Made by a program: the position numbers and the translations under genes. A DNA stretch of 64,000 nt from Candidatus Omnitrophota bacterium (GTDB taxonomy: Bacteria; Ratteibacteria; UBA8468; MWAK01), in NCBI GenBank assembly GCA_043826355.1, contig JBDRQI010000012.1:10065-74064 (forward strand). Direction: 5' to 3'. Each line of letters begins with the position of its first letter. The stretch's first letter is position 1. The notes under the pieces were generated by a model. That model made no database searches and was not told the DNA's origin. It worked only from the letters and a program-made list of their open reading frames with translations. Of the stretch, positions 38,041-47,467 are shown one piece after another.

Positions 38041-40784
38041 TTCAAAAACGACAACTGGTCCTTTATTCTCTTTTTATTCAGGTACATCAATTCCAGACGG
38101 GACTCTTCCCTCTTCACCACTTCCGCTGGTGCTTTCTTCAGAAATTGCGGGTCTCCGAGCCGAGCCGTAATTTTGGCCATTTCCGCCTCCAACCTTTTAA
38201 GTTCTTTGTTCCGTTTCTCCCTTTCTTTGGCGGAGTCGAAGAGACCGGCCAGCGGCAGGAAGACTTCACCCAGGGTGAGGAGATGGTTGGCTTCCATCTT
38301 CTGGCGCTGGTGAGAAGGGTTAATTTGAAGTTCGGCAAGACCGGATAATTTCACTACATAATTCCGGCATTTTTCGAAGAATGTATATTCTTCACCACTG
38401 GCGATGCGTATGGTTGCTTTCACCAACTGCGTTGGCGGAACTCCAAATTCCCGCTTCAAATCCCTGATGGCGGTGGTTGCCTCTTTCAATAATTTGAACC
38501 TGAAATCCAACTTTGGTTGGCTATGGCCGCGGATACTAGTTGGCCAGGCGGCAAGCGAGAGGGAGGCCGCTTCATCCTGAATCAAACCTTCTCTCTTCAG
38601 CCGGCTCCATATTTCCTCGGTAATAAAGGGCATTAAAGGGTGAAGCAGGCGCAGGAACCGGTCCAGCGCAAAGACGGCGCAGGCAAGAGAATTTTTATCT
38701 TTCTTTTCCTGCCAGTCAATCTTGACCATCTCCAGGTACCAGTCGCAGTAGGTGTGCCAGAAGAACTGGTAAAGTCCGGCAGCCGCTTCATTCAAACGCA
38801 GCGCTTTGAGATTTTTATCAACCGACCGCCGGCACGCTTCCAGTTCGGAAAGTATCCATCTTTGGCTTAAGGTACGCGCAGAGATATCCGGCAACCCCTC
38901 AAACTTTAAACCTTCTTCTTTTGCCCGTCCGATTACCAGGCGGCTGGCGTTCCAGATTTTGTTGGCAAAGTTCCGGCCCAACGTAAAACTCTTCCGGCCG
39001 ATGAAGAGGTCCTGGCCCTGACCGGCGAAGGAAATCAAACTGAAACGGAGGGCATCCGCGCCGACCTCATTAATTACTTCCAGCGGGTCGATGACGTTTC
39101 CGTATGACTTACTCATCTTGCGGCCGGTTTCGTCCCGGACCGTGCCGTGGATGTAAACCCGGCCGAACGGCAGCGTCCTGGTAAATTCAAGGCCGGCCAT
39201 CGCCATCCGGGCGACCCAGAAGAAGATTATTTCCGGCGCGGTGACCAGGATGCTGGTCGGGTAGAAGCGGGCGAGGTCTTTTGTTTTTTCCGGCCAGCCC
39301 AAAACGGAAAAGGGCCAGAGCCAGGAAGAGAACCAGGTATCCAGCACGTCCGGGTCTTGAATTAGTTTGGCAGAGCCGCAATGTGGGCACTTTTCCGGTT
39401 TTGTTTTGGAGACAACAGCTCCCTTTTCGTTCGTGTAGGGGAAGGATTCCATTCCCTCTCGCGGGCTGATCTTCACCAAGTCCGCCTCTGGCGGGAGGGG
39501 GTGTAACCCCGCCCCTGCATTTTCGGTCATACAGTTTTGACAGTAATAGACCGGCAGCCGGTGTCCCCACCAAATCTGGCGGCTGATGCACCAGTCCTCA
39601 ATATTCTCCAGCCACATTCGGTAAACCTTTTGCCATCGGCCGGGATAGAACTTAGGTCTATTTTTTTTGGCCAGAGCCAGGGCCGGTTTGGATAGAGGTT
39701 TCATCCGGACAAACCATTGCCGGGAAAGGTACGGTTCCACGACGGTCTCACAGCGGTAACAGCGACCGACGCTGTGCTGGTAATCCTCAACCTTAACCAG
39801 CAGACCGTCTTCTTTGAGCAAAGCCACGGTCTCCTCCCTGGCCGCAAACCTTTCTTTTCCGGCCAGGGGCCCGGCTTCGGCCGTGAGGATTCCTTTTTCG
39901 TCGATGACGGTAATTCCGGGCAGGTTTAAATCACGGGCCATCTTAAAGTCGTTGGGGTCGTGGTGCGGGGTAATCTTGACCGCTCCGGTGCCGAACCCTT
40001 TTTCCACCATCGGGTGCGCTACGATTGGAATCAAACGGTTCAGGATGGGCAGAGAAACCTTTTTTCCGATAATTTTTTTGTAGCGGCTGTCTTTCGGGTT
40101 GACCGCGACTGCAGTGTCGCCGAAGAGGGTTTCCGGACGGGTTGTAGCCACGACTACGCCTTCGGTTCCGCTTTCGCCCGGGTAGCGGATATGATAAAGA
40201 TGGCTTTCTTCTGTTTCGTGGTCAACTTCCTCGTTAGCCAGGGCGGTGGTGCACCTGGGGCACCAGTTGACGATGTAATCGCCCCGGTAGATAAGTTTCT
40301 TTTGGTAAAGGGAGATAAATGCTTCGGCGACCGCGGCGCTTAAACCCTCATCCATGGTGAATCTTTCCCTTTGCCAGTCGCAGGAAGCGCCCAGTTTTTT
40401 CAGTTGTTCGGTGATGGCGCCGCCGCGCTGCTCTTTCCAGCGCCAGACCTCTTTAATGAACTTTTCCCGACCCAGGTCATCTCTTTTCCGGCCCTGTTCC
40501 AGAAGGGAGCGCTCCACCACGTTCTGGGTGGCGATGCCGGCGTGGTCGGTTCCCGGAACCCAGAGGGTGTTAAGACCGGACATCCGCGCCTGGCGTACAA
40601 TCACGTCCTGGATGGTGTTGTTCAGCGCATGGCCGATATGGAGGACGCCGGTTACGTTGGGCGGGGGGATAACAATGACAAATGGTTCTTTCGGGGAATC
40701 AGCGTTTGCGTGGAAAAAATCGTTTTCCCGGTATATTTTCAGCCATTTTTCTTCAACCTCTTTGGCGCTATATTGTTTTTCCAT
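38037..40784 (-). CDS. valS: valine--tRNA ligase carrying an in-frame REP doublet
   Basis: PPPNVTGVLHIGH, ATTRPET, WCISRQ, DTWFSS, KMSKS; start placed at MEKQYS. Confidence 0.98.
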   Translation of the reverse strand: MEKQYSAKEVEEKWLKIYRENDFFHANADSPKEPFVIVIPPPNVTGVLHIGHALNNTIQDVIVRQARMSGLNTLWVPGTDHAGIATQNVVERSLLEQGRKRDDLGREKFIKEVWRWKEQRGGAITEQLKKLGASCDWQRERFTMDEGLSAAVAEAFISLYQKKLIYRGDYIVNWCPRCTTALANEEVDHETEESHLYHIRYPGESGTEGVVVATTRPETLFGDTAVAVNPKDSRYKKIIGKKVSLPILNRLIPIVAHPMVEKGFGTGAVKITPHHDPNDFKMARDLNLPGITVIDEKGILTAEAGPLAGKERFAAREETVALLKEDGLLVKVEDYQHSVGRCYRCETVVEPYLSRQWFVRMKPLSKPALALAKKNRPKFYPGRWQKVYRMWLENIEDWCISRQIWWGHRLPVYYCQNCMTENAGAGLHPLPPEADLVKISPREGMESFPYTNEKGAVVSKTKPEKCPHCGSAKLIQDPDVLDTWFSSWLWPFSVLGWPEKTKDLARFYPTSILVTAPEIIFFWVARMAMAGLEFTRTLPFGRVYIHGTVRDETGRKMSKSYGNVIDPLEVINEVGADALRFSLISFAGQGQDLFIGRKSFTLGRNFANKIWNASRLVIGRAKEEGLKFEGLPDISARTLSQRWILSELEACRRSVDKNLKALRLNEAAAGLYQFFWHTYCDWYLEMVKIDWQEKKDKNSLACAVFALDRFLRLLHPLMPFITEEIWSRLKREGLIQDEAASLSLAAWPTSIRGHSQPKLDFRFKLLKEATTAIRDLKREFGVPPTQLVKATIRIASGEEYTFFEKCRNYVVKLSGLAELQINPSHQRQKMEANHLLTLGEVFLPLAGLFDSAKEREKRNKELKRLEAEMAKITARLGDPQFLKKAPAEVVKREESRLELMYLNKKRIKDQLSFLK
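39434..39519. repeat. family-D REP doublet inside valS
   Basis: TGTAGGGG..CCCCTGCA ends, internal CCGCCTCTGGCGG hairpin and GGGAGGGGGTGTAACCCCGCCCC. Confidence 0.88.
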
Positions 40785-40948
40785 GTTTCCATGATTGTAA
40801 ATTATACTGTTTTTCCATAACTTGACCATAATTTAATTAGCATAACCCGAAACGCATCTTTTCGTCAATTGAAACAGGGATGATTTGATGAAGATTAATT
40901 TTTCGGGTAAGATAATTGTCGTAAGGGTTGGCCGGGGGGGGGGTAAAA

Positions 40949-41287
40949 ATGAAAAACATTGCATTGTTTTTGGTGGTTATCTTTTTAGCGGTTTGGCTAA
41001 GCGCATGCGGTAAAAAGCCGGCGCCGGCGTCTGATGAGGGCCTTAACCCGGCAAACGCCATAGAAAAATACGGCGGGGTGATAGGGAAGACTTACAAAAG
41101 AGCAAAATCTTTTGACGTTCTCCTCTCTTTGAAGCACGATATCACATCTTTCCAGACCGAGCAAGGGCGTTGGCCGTCCTCACTCCAGGAACTGGTAGAA
41201 AAAGGGTACACCAAGGAATTGCCGAGTCCGCCGGAAGGTATGAAGTTCAGTTATAACCCGCAGAACGGTTCGATACGGCTGGAGTAG
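40949..41287 (+). CDS. small lipoprotein with pilin/GspG-like C-terminal motif
   Basis: Lipobox LSAC; FQTEQGRWPSSLQELV..YNP. Confidence 0.7.
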   Translation: MKNIALFLVVIFLAVWLSACGKKPAPASDEGLNPANAIEKYGGVIGKTYKRAKSFDVLLSLKHDITSFQTEQGRWPSSLQELVEKGYTKELPSPPEGMKFSYNPQNGSIRLE

Positions 41288-41434
41288 GATTGTTTTCCCG
41301 TTTTTTTTTGAAGACATACAAACGGGACTTTTTCTAACCGGAGGCAAGGATACGAATAATTATAATTACCTAATTCTTTATTTCAAATAAAGAAAGGAAC
41401 AGCCGCTCGTTGAAAACCAAGGGAGGAAATTAGG

Positions 41435-42316
41435 ATGGACAAGCAATTTAAGTACGCGGTTAATACAAACAGCCTGAATGGTATGAGTTTTCAGGATGTA
41501 ATAAAATTGTGCACAAAGGTCGGAGCGGACGGTGTTGAATGGGGGCTTTCTTCTCTGGATAAGGCCGCATCCGCCGCAAAGGAAATGTATCGGGCGACCA
41601 TGGATGCGGGCCTGGAAATATGCAGTTATCTCAATGCTGGGCACTTGTGGAAAACCGAATTCATCAGGCGCTGGAGCGACGCCATCAAACCTGCCGGCGG
41701 AAAGGTTCTCAGGGTCGCACCGCCTTGGTATGCGTATAATTTTGAGGAATCATTACACCAAAGGGATTCTTATCTTGACCTCATCAAGAGAACCCGGGAA
41801 GGTCTTGAAAAACTTGTGCCGCTCGGGAAGGAGTACGGGATTAAATATGTAGTAGAAATTCACTCCGCCAGTATCTGCGCCTCCATTCCGATCGCCAGGC
41901 AGCTGATGGATGGCCTGGACAGCGGTTGCGTCGGCATCATCTACGACCCGGCGAACGCTTTGATAGAAGGCGGCATTCTCCCCCGGGGCGCGGTTGAAGT
42001 TATGGGGTCGTACCTGACTTACGTTCACGCCAAGAACATCGCCTTTTCTTACGTAGGGCAGCAATTACAGGGCAAGGTTCGGCGGGCCGAGTGGAGCCCC
42101 AGGACCTGTTCCCTTGAGTATGGAGCGCTCGATTGGTTTCTGGTATTCTTCGCCCTGAAACTTGCTAATTATCACGGTTGGATATCTTTTGAAGAGTTCT
42201 TCCGGAATTCGTCGTATATTGAAGTGGAATTGGCGAATGCGGTCCGGTTCTCAAAACTATGCGCGGAGCATGCTCCCTCGCAACCCGAAGAACCTTTCAC
42301 CACGTTCAACGAGTAA
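41435..42316 (+). CDS. sugar phosphate isomerase/epimerase
   Basis: VEIH, YDPAN, VHAKN, SFEEF. Confidence 0.82.
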   Translation: MDKQFKYAVNTNSLNGMSFQDVIKLCTKVGADGVEWGLSSLDKAASAAKEMYRATMDAGLEICSYLNAGHLWKTEFIRRWSDAIKPAGGKVLRVAPPWYAYNFEESLHQRDSYLDLIKRTREGLEKLVPLGKEYGIKYVVEIHSASICASIPIARQLMDGLDSGCVGIIYDPANALIEGGILPRGAVEVMGSYLTYVHAKNIAFSYVGQQLQGKVRRAEWSPRTCSLEYGALDWFLVFFALKLANYHGWISFEEFFRNSSYIEVELANAVRFSKLCAEHAPSQPEEPFTTFNE

Positions 42317-42346
42317 AGAAGACTTTTTAATATCCTGAAGAACGGG

Positions 42347-42449
42347 ATGGGGTTAGAAAAAAACTTCAAAATTACCGTTTGCGCTCTGGGACGCATCGGG
42401 TGGCGTCATGCGAAGGCCGGGCAGGCTGCCCCGGGATTATCGCTTACGG
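42347..42449 (+). pseudogene. N-terminal stub of a Gfo/Idh/MocA oxidoreductase
   Basis: MGLEKNFKITVCALGRIGWRHAKA..PGLSLT (Rossmann start) runs into the lepB 3' end; stop at 42496. Confidence 0.55.
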
Positions 42450-42947
42450 TTACTTTATTTTACCAAGGCGGTTCAGAGGCCAATAGCGAAAGATAACCTT
42501 TCCGCGCAGATCGCGGGCCGGTAGAAATCCCCAGACGGTACTGTCATCGCTGTTATTTCGGTTATCGCCTAAAACAAAGAGTTTGTCCGGCGGCACCTGG
42601 GCCGGACCGTATTTATAAATGATAAAACTTTCCTTCAGGTAGGATTCATCCATTGATTTGCCGTTTAGATAGAGCTGTCCGCCGGTAATTGCCACGACAT
42701 CCCCGGGTAGTCCGATTACCCTCTTTACCAGGTACGTTTCCGCGTTTTCCGGATTTTTGAAGATAATGATGTCGTCTCTTTTTAGAATCCCTGTTTTTAT
42801 CAGTACCGTCCTGTCCCCGGGTCGGATGGTCGGTTCCATGGATCGGGTATCGGTATAAAAGAACCCGCCCTTTTTCACGCTGAAGAAGAAGAACGCGGAG
42901 ACAAAAAAAGCGAGAATAACTGCGTACTTAACAATCTCTTTAAACAT
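42450..42947 (-). CDS. lepB: signal peptidase I
   Basis: SMEPT, VKRVIGLPGD, GDNRNNSDDS. Confidence 0.93.
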   Translation of the reverse strand: MFKEIVKYAVILAFFVSAFFFFSVKKGGFFYTDTRSMEPTIRPGDRTVLIKTGILKRDDIIIFKNPENAETYLVKRVIGLPGDVVAITGGQLYLNGKSMDESYLKESFIIYKYGPAQVPPDKLFVLGDNRNNSDDSTVWGFLPARDLRGKVIFRYWPLNRLGKIK

Positions 42948-42957
42948 AAAGGACGCC

Positions 42958-43452
42958 TCAACGCAGTTTATTTTTCATTACCGAAAGGTCGACCAGGTGT
43001 TGCTTTTCTTCGCTGATAATCTTTTTGATAATCTCCTGTATTTTTAAATCTTTCGCCGGTACGAAGGCTTCAATTTCGCGAAAGAGGAAGAGGGTGCTTC
43101 TTTCAAACATAAGCGCAATATTGATTGCGGCCAGGTCGTCTTTCCGCGCCGCTGCAACCATAAATTCCGCTTTGTCCTCCTCCGGAAACATGCGGCCTTC
43201 CATCAGCGCGTTCAGGTAGGAATCGTATTCGCCCGGATAGTTTTCCACCGGCTGATAATCTCCCAGGGAATCAAGCAGTTCGGTGAATAGTTTTTCGTGG
43301 TATTTTTCTACGCTTGACAGGCGTCCGGTCAGCTTTCGTACTTCTTCTGCCTGGGCGTTTCGGGAAAGGAAAAGGTAGTAATCGTAACCGGCCTGTTCCT
43401 CCCGGACCGCCATTTTCAGCATCTCCCGGATATCAAATAGATTGGCCATCAT
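42958..43452 (-). CDS. ferritin-like/rubrerythrin family protein
   Basis: MAVREE..Y, EKYH, ALMFE, EEKQH di-iron pattern. Confidence 0.82.
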   Translation of the reverse strand: MMANLFDIREMLKMAVREEQAGYDYYLFLSRNAQAEEVRKLTGRLSSVEKYHEKLFTELLDSLGDYQPVENYPGEYDSYLNALMEGRMFPEEDKAEFMVAAARKDDLAAINIALMFERSTLFLFREIEAFVPAKDLKIQEIIKKIISEEKQHLVDLSVMKNKLR

Positions 43453-43633
43453 GCCTCCGCCTTAAGTTTGTGCGCTTGCGCATGAACAGCGATAATTTTG
43501 GTTTCAAATAATACTTTATTATAATAGCACAATGCGGGGCTGTTGTAAAAATAACTTTTCCCGATTTATGCTATAATTTAACATTTTTACGCAGGAGGCG
43601 GACACGGTCCGCGGGTACGGCAGATTGTAATAT

Positions 43634-44371
43634 ATGCTCAACTTAACCTTTTTCCAGTGGTTGGTGGCAGCGCTCTCGGCAGTTATGATTGGACTTTCCA
43701 AGACCGGCCTGCCCGGCATTGGAATTCTGGCAATTCCCCTTATGGCCTGGGTGCTGCCGGCCCGCGCCTCGACCGGCGTTGTTCTGCCGATGCTGATTTT
43801 TGCCGACTTGTTTGCGGTCGGTTATTACCGTCGTTTCGCGGTGTGGTCCAAATTAGCCCGTCTTTTACCCTGGGCGGCAGTCGGTGTCTTCCTGGGTTAT
43901 CTGGCGCTGGGGAGGGTTAACGACCAGCAGTTAAAACCGATAATCGGTGGAATAGTCCTGGTGATGCTGGCCCTTAACTTATTGCACAATTCCGGCAAAG
44001 AAGACCGGCCTGTCCCCGCCCGCTGGTGGTTTGCCGTCCTGTTCGGCCTCCTGGCCGGCGTAACCACCATGATGGCCAACGCGGCGGGTCCGGTAATGGC
44101 CATCTATCTCCTGGCGATGCGGCTGTCCAAGAACGAGTTTATCGGCACCGGCGCCTGGTACTTTCTGCTGGTCAACTGGTTCAAGGTTCCTTTCAGCGCT
44201 CACCTGGGGCTGATTAACAGCCAGTCGCTTCAATTCAACCTGGTCTTATTTCCGCTGGTTGCTCTCGGCGCTTTGGCCGGGATAAAATTGCTAAAGCATA
44301 CTCCCGAGAAGATTTTTAATCATTTCGTCCAGGGCCTGGCTGCTCTGGCCGCGGTAAATTTATTGTTTTAG
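43634..44371 (+). CDS. TauE/SafE (TSUP) family membrane transporter
   Basis: GLSKTG.PG, TTMMANAAGP, hydrophobic helices. Confidence 0.85.
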   Translation: MLNLTFFQWLVAALSAVMIGLSKTGLPGIGILAIPLMAWVLPARASTGVVLPMLIFADLFAVGYYRRFAVWSKLARLLPWAAVGVFLGYLALGRVNDQQLKPIIGGIVLVMLALNLLHNSGKEDRPVPARWWFAVLFGLLAGVTTMMANAAGPVMAIYLLAMRLSKNEFIGTGAWYFLLVNWFKVPFSAHLGLINSQSLQFNLVLFPLVALGALAGIKLLKHTPEKIFNHFVQGLAALAAVNLLF

Positions 44372-44381
44372 GGTATAAACA

Positions 44382-45578
44382 ATGCTGAAAATTATTAATA
44401 ATTTCCTGCGCAAGAAATACTGGATTTATGTCTTTCCGGCGCTGATGGATGTCTCGGTCGCCTTCTTGCTTCTGCTGGTGTCGGTAAAAGCGGTTCAGAT
44501 GGGTACGGCTCCGTTTAAACTGGGCATATTGGGGTCCACCTGGGGAGTCAGTTATTTTGTTTCAAACCTGGTCCTGAGCCGCTTCGCCCACAAACGAACG
44601 TCAAACTTATTCATGGTCCTGGGCTGTCTGTTTTTTATCGCCATTGCGCCGGGGTTTGTCTTTTTCCGTTCCCTCACCGCTCTTTTTATCCTGGCGTTCC
44701 TGGTCGGTCCGGCAACCGCCTTCTTTTTTATCGGGTTTCAACTTTTTATGGGTGAAGGCGCCAACCTTTCAGTGCTTAAAAGCACGGCATTTTATACCTT
44801 CGGCTGGAGCACCGGGATTGCCTTTGGTTCTTTAATTGCCGGTACCATGGCCGGTCTTCCGTTGGTCATTTCAGTTTTACCGGTAGTGGCAAGTTCACTC
44901 TTGATTATCGCCGGGCTTCGCTTCGTCGGAAAGTTTTCCTCCCAAAGGCGGGAAGGAGACAAGAAGGAAAAGAGCCATGCTTTTTCCGGTCTGGGTAAGA
45001 CAATATCCCCGAAGACGGAAAAGGCCTATCTGCTCCTGGGCTGGGTCGGTATCGTCACCGTCTCTATTATCAGCGGAGGCATAAGATTTCTGATGCCTAA
45101 ATTGATTATCGATTTTTTCGGTCTTTCCGCGGCCGTTGCCGGCACACTGCTCTTTCTCTCTTTTGCCATTCAGGCGGTTTTTGGGCTTTTCCTGATGAAA
45201 TTTCCGGGGTGGCGCTATAATTTCAAGGCCCATTCCCGGTTAGAACTGTCAGGGCTTATCGGGGTTTTTCTCGCTCTGCTAATCTCCGGTTTAGCCGGGG
45301 TGATTATTCTGGCGGTGGTTGTTGGAATCTATTCCGGGCACGCTTTTTACAACGGCGTATTCTATTCCCTCTGCCCGCACCGCAAAAGCGGCCGCAACAT
45401 CAGCGTTAACGAATCGCTGGTGGGAATCTCCGGCATCCTCGGACCGCTCATTCTGGGTGCGTCCCTCCAGGCCGGAATCAGTTACTTTTTTCTCGCCCCG
45501 GTTTTGCTGATAGCAACCACCTGCTTCATCCAGACATTTTTGGCCCGGCCGGCTACTTTACCAAACGCTTCTTCATAA
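44382..45578 (+). CDS. MFS transporter
   Basis: About 12 hydrophobic segments with a central hydrophilic loop. Confidence 0.75.
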   Translation: MLKIINNFLRKKYWIYVFPALMDVSVAFLLLLVSVKAVQMGTAPFKLGILGSTWGVSYFVSNLVLSRFAHKRTSNLFMVLGCLFFIAIAPGFVFFRSLTALFILAFLVGPATAFFFIGFQLFMGEGANLSVLKSTAFYTFGWSTGIAFGSLIAGTMAGLPLVISVLPVVASSLLIIAGLRFVGKFSSQRREGDKKEKSHAFSGLGKTISPKTEKAYLLLGWVGIVTVSIISGGIRFLMPKLIIDFFGLSAAVAGTLLFLSFAIQAVFGLFLMKFPGWRYNFKAHSRLELSGLIGVFLALLISGLAGVIILAVVVGIYSGHAFYNGVFYSLCPHRKSGRNISVNESLVGISGILGPLILGASLQAGISYFFLAPVLLIATTCFIQTFLARPATLPNASS

Positions 45579-46341
45579 TAACCAGAGCGAGGATAAAGGA
45601 GGCCGCGGTCAGAGCCAACAGCACTCCCAAACTGACGAAGAAGAAAGAATCCAGCCGGTTCATGGCCAGTTGACGGATAACGATAACCAGGTGCGTCAGC
45701 GGAAGCAGCAAGGCCAGTTTTTGAGTCCAAGTCGGCAGGGCGGTAAGCGGAAAGAAGACGCCGCTGAAGAGAAACATCGGGGTGATAAAGAGAAAGAAAG
45801 GGAAGTTGAACTGTTCAATCATCCGCACCAGACCGGTAAAGACCATCCCGATTGACGCAAAGAGCAGACCGGAGATAAAGGAGACCGGGATAATCCAGAG
45901 CGCGGAAGGGTATTGCAGCAGGCCGAAGAACGAGACGATAATCACCATTAGTAAACTGGCGATCATTGCTTTGGTCGCGCCCCACAGGATTTCTCCCGTA
46001 ATCACGTCTTCCACCAGCAGCGGGGTGGCCAGGATGGCGTCATAGGTTTTTTGGTAGTACATCCTGACGAAGGAAGCGTAGGTGGTTTCAAAGAAGGCAT
46101 AGTTCATAATGACCGTGGAGAGTATGCCCGGCGCAATGAAGGTGAGGTATTTTATCTCTACGCCGTTGTAGGAGACGGTCTTCAGGAGTTGACCCAGGCC
46201 AAAACCGAAGGCGAAGAGAAAAAGCAGGGGTTCCAGCAGCGGCGTCATAAAATTGACCTGCCAGGTCTTAAGGTAGACGGAGGCGTTTCGCTGCCAGACC
46301 CGCAGACAGCGCCAGCTGACGTTCCGCAAAATAGAGTTCAT
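45553..46341 (-). CDS. ABC-2 exporter permease (NodJ-like)
   Basis: YLTFIAPG, ATPL, TPMFLFSGVFFP, LPLTH. Confidence 0.88.
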   Translation of the reverse strand: MNSILRNVSWRCLRVWQRNASVYLKTWQVNFMTPLLEPLLFLFAFGFGLGQLLKTVSYNGVEIKYLTFIAPGILSTVIMNYAFFETTYASFVRMYYQKTYDAILATPLLVEDVITGEILWGATKAMIASLLMVIIVSFFGLLQYPSALWIIPVSFISGLLFASIGMVFTGLVRMIEQFNFPFFLFITPMFLFSGVFFPLTALPTWTQKLALLLPLTHLVIVIRQLAMNRLDSFFFVSLGVLLALTAASFILALVIMKKRLVK

Positions 46342-47255
46342 TCTTTCAGGTCCCTCCCGGTCAATTTCAGGAAGACGTCCTCCAGGTTCGCCGGCCTCAG
46401 GCTGCAGCCGGATTCACAAAATATTTGGGAAATTTCGTTGAAAAATTGCCCGGAATCTCTGGAAAATATGATAAGCCGCGAAGGGGTCTTCTCATAGAGA
46501 ACGTTCTTTTCTTTCAAAAATGGTTCCACGTTATCCTGATTGTTGAATATTTCAATCACATTCTTACCTACCACGTTTTTGATTAGTTCCTCCGGTTTGC
46601 CTTCGGCTGTAATCGTACCCCCATCCATGATAATTAGCCGGTCGCAAAGCCGGGCGGCTTCCTCCATATAATGGGTGGTAAGCAGAAAAGTCGTGCCGGA
46701 GTTTTTAAGTTCCGCGACGTATTCCCAGACCTGGTGTCTGCCCTGCGGGTCAAGACCGCCGGTGGGTTCGTCCAGGATGAGCAGTTCCGGGCGGTTCAGG
46801 ATGGAGCGGCCGAAGATGAGGCGTCGCTTCATTCCGCCGGAGAGTTCGTCAATCGCGCTCTTCTTCCGCTGGCTGAGCCCGGTAAACTCAAGAATCTCTT
46901 CGGCCCTTTTCAGGGCTTCCTTTCTGCCGATATTGAAGTATCGGGCATAGACCAGGAGGTTTTGCAGGACGTTGAGGTCCGGGTCAAGGTTGTCTTCCTG
47001 CGGGCAGACGCCGATGCGCGCTTTTATCGGCCGGGGGAAGTCATTTACGGGAAGACCGAATATTTCCAGGCGTCCTTCGGAGGGCGGCATAAAACAGGAG
47101 ACCATCCGGACCGTGGTGGTCTTGCCGGCTCCGTTGGGGCCCAGGATTCCGAAACACTCGCCGGCCGCAACTCGGAAGTCTATGTCTTTCACCGCGGCAA
47201 AGTCGCGAAAGTTCTTGGTCAGCTTTTCGGATACGACCGCGATATTCTTATTCAT
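46338..47255 (-). CDS. ABC exporter ATPase (NodI-like)
   Basis: GPNGAGKTT, LSGGM, LDEPT, TTHYMEEA; start placed at MNKNIA. Confidence 0.9.
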   Translation of the reverse strand: MNKNIAVVSEKLTKNFRDFAAVKDIDFRVAAGECFGILGPNGAGKTTTVRMVSCFMPPSEGRLEIFGLPVNDFPRPIKARIGVCPQEDNLDPDLNVLQNLLVYARYFNIGRKEALKRAEEILEFTGLSQRKKSAIDELSGGMKRRLIFGRSILNRPELLILDEPTGGLDPQGRHQVWEYVAELKNSGTTFLLTTHYMEEAARLCDRLIIMDGGTITAEGKPEELIKNVVGKNVIEIFNNQDNVEPFLKEKNVLYEKTPSRLIIFSRDSGQFFNEISQIFCESGCSLRPANLEDVFLKLTGRDLKE

Positions 47256-47289
47256 GGATAATTTCCTATCAAGAAAATAGCTGTGCCTT

Positions 47290-47438
47290 TGCCGGGTTTG
47301 TCTTTCAACCGGACGCTTGTCAATTCCCGGCGAGAATTGACTGCACTTGACGCTCGTCGGCGCTCTTTTCGTGCTTCTCAGCCCGAAAATCATTGCCCGC
47401 TTCCTCCTCACGACACCGGCTGAAGGGCAAACCCGGCA
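47290..47438 (-). ncRNA. unidentified structured RNA candidate
   Basis: 23-bp closing stem, GAGA-tetraloop hairpin under a K-turn-like motif, second 10-bp hairpin; TATAGT/TATAAT just upstream. Confidence 0.5.
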
Positions 47439-47467
47439 TATTATACTATATTTCAGAGGTAGCGGTA

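Noticed and set aside
47256..47411. 52-aa N-terminal extension of the ABC ATPase
   Set aside because: Runs through the structured RNA candidate; the ATPase domain begins at MNKNIA (47255).
47290..47438. TPP, glycine, lysine, fluoride riboswitch, SRP or hammerhead identity for the structured RNA
   Set aside because: Only fragments match (GCTGAGA, CGCCGAC, GGCAATGA); the remaining conserved cores are absent.
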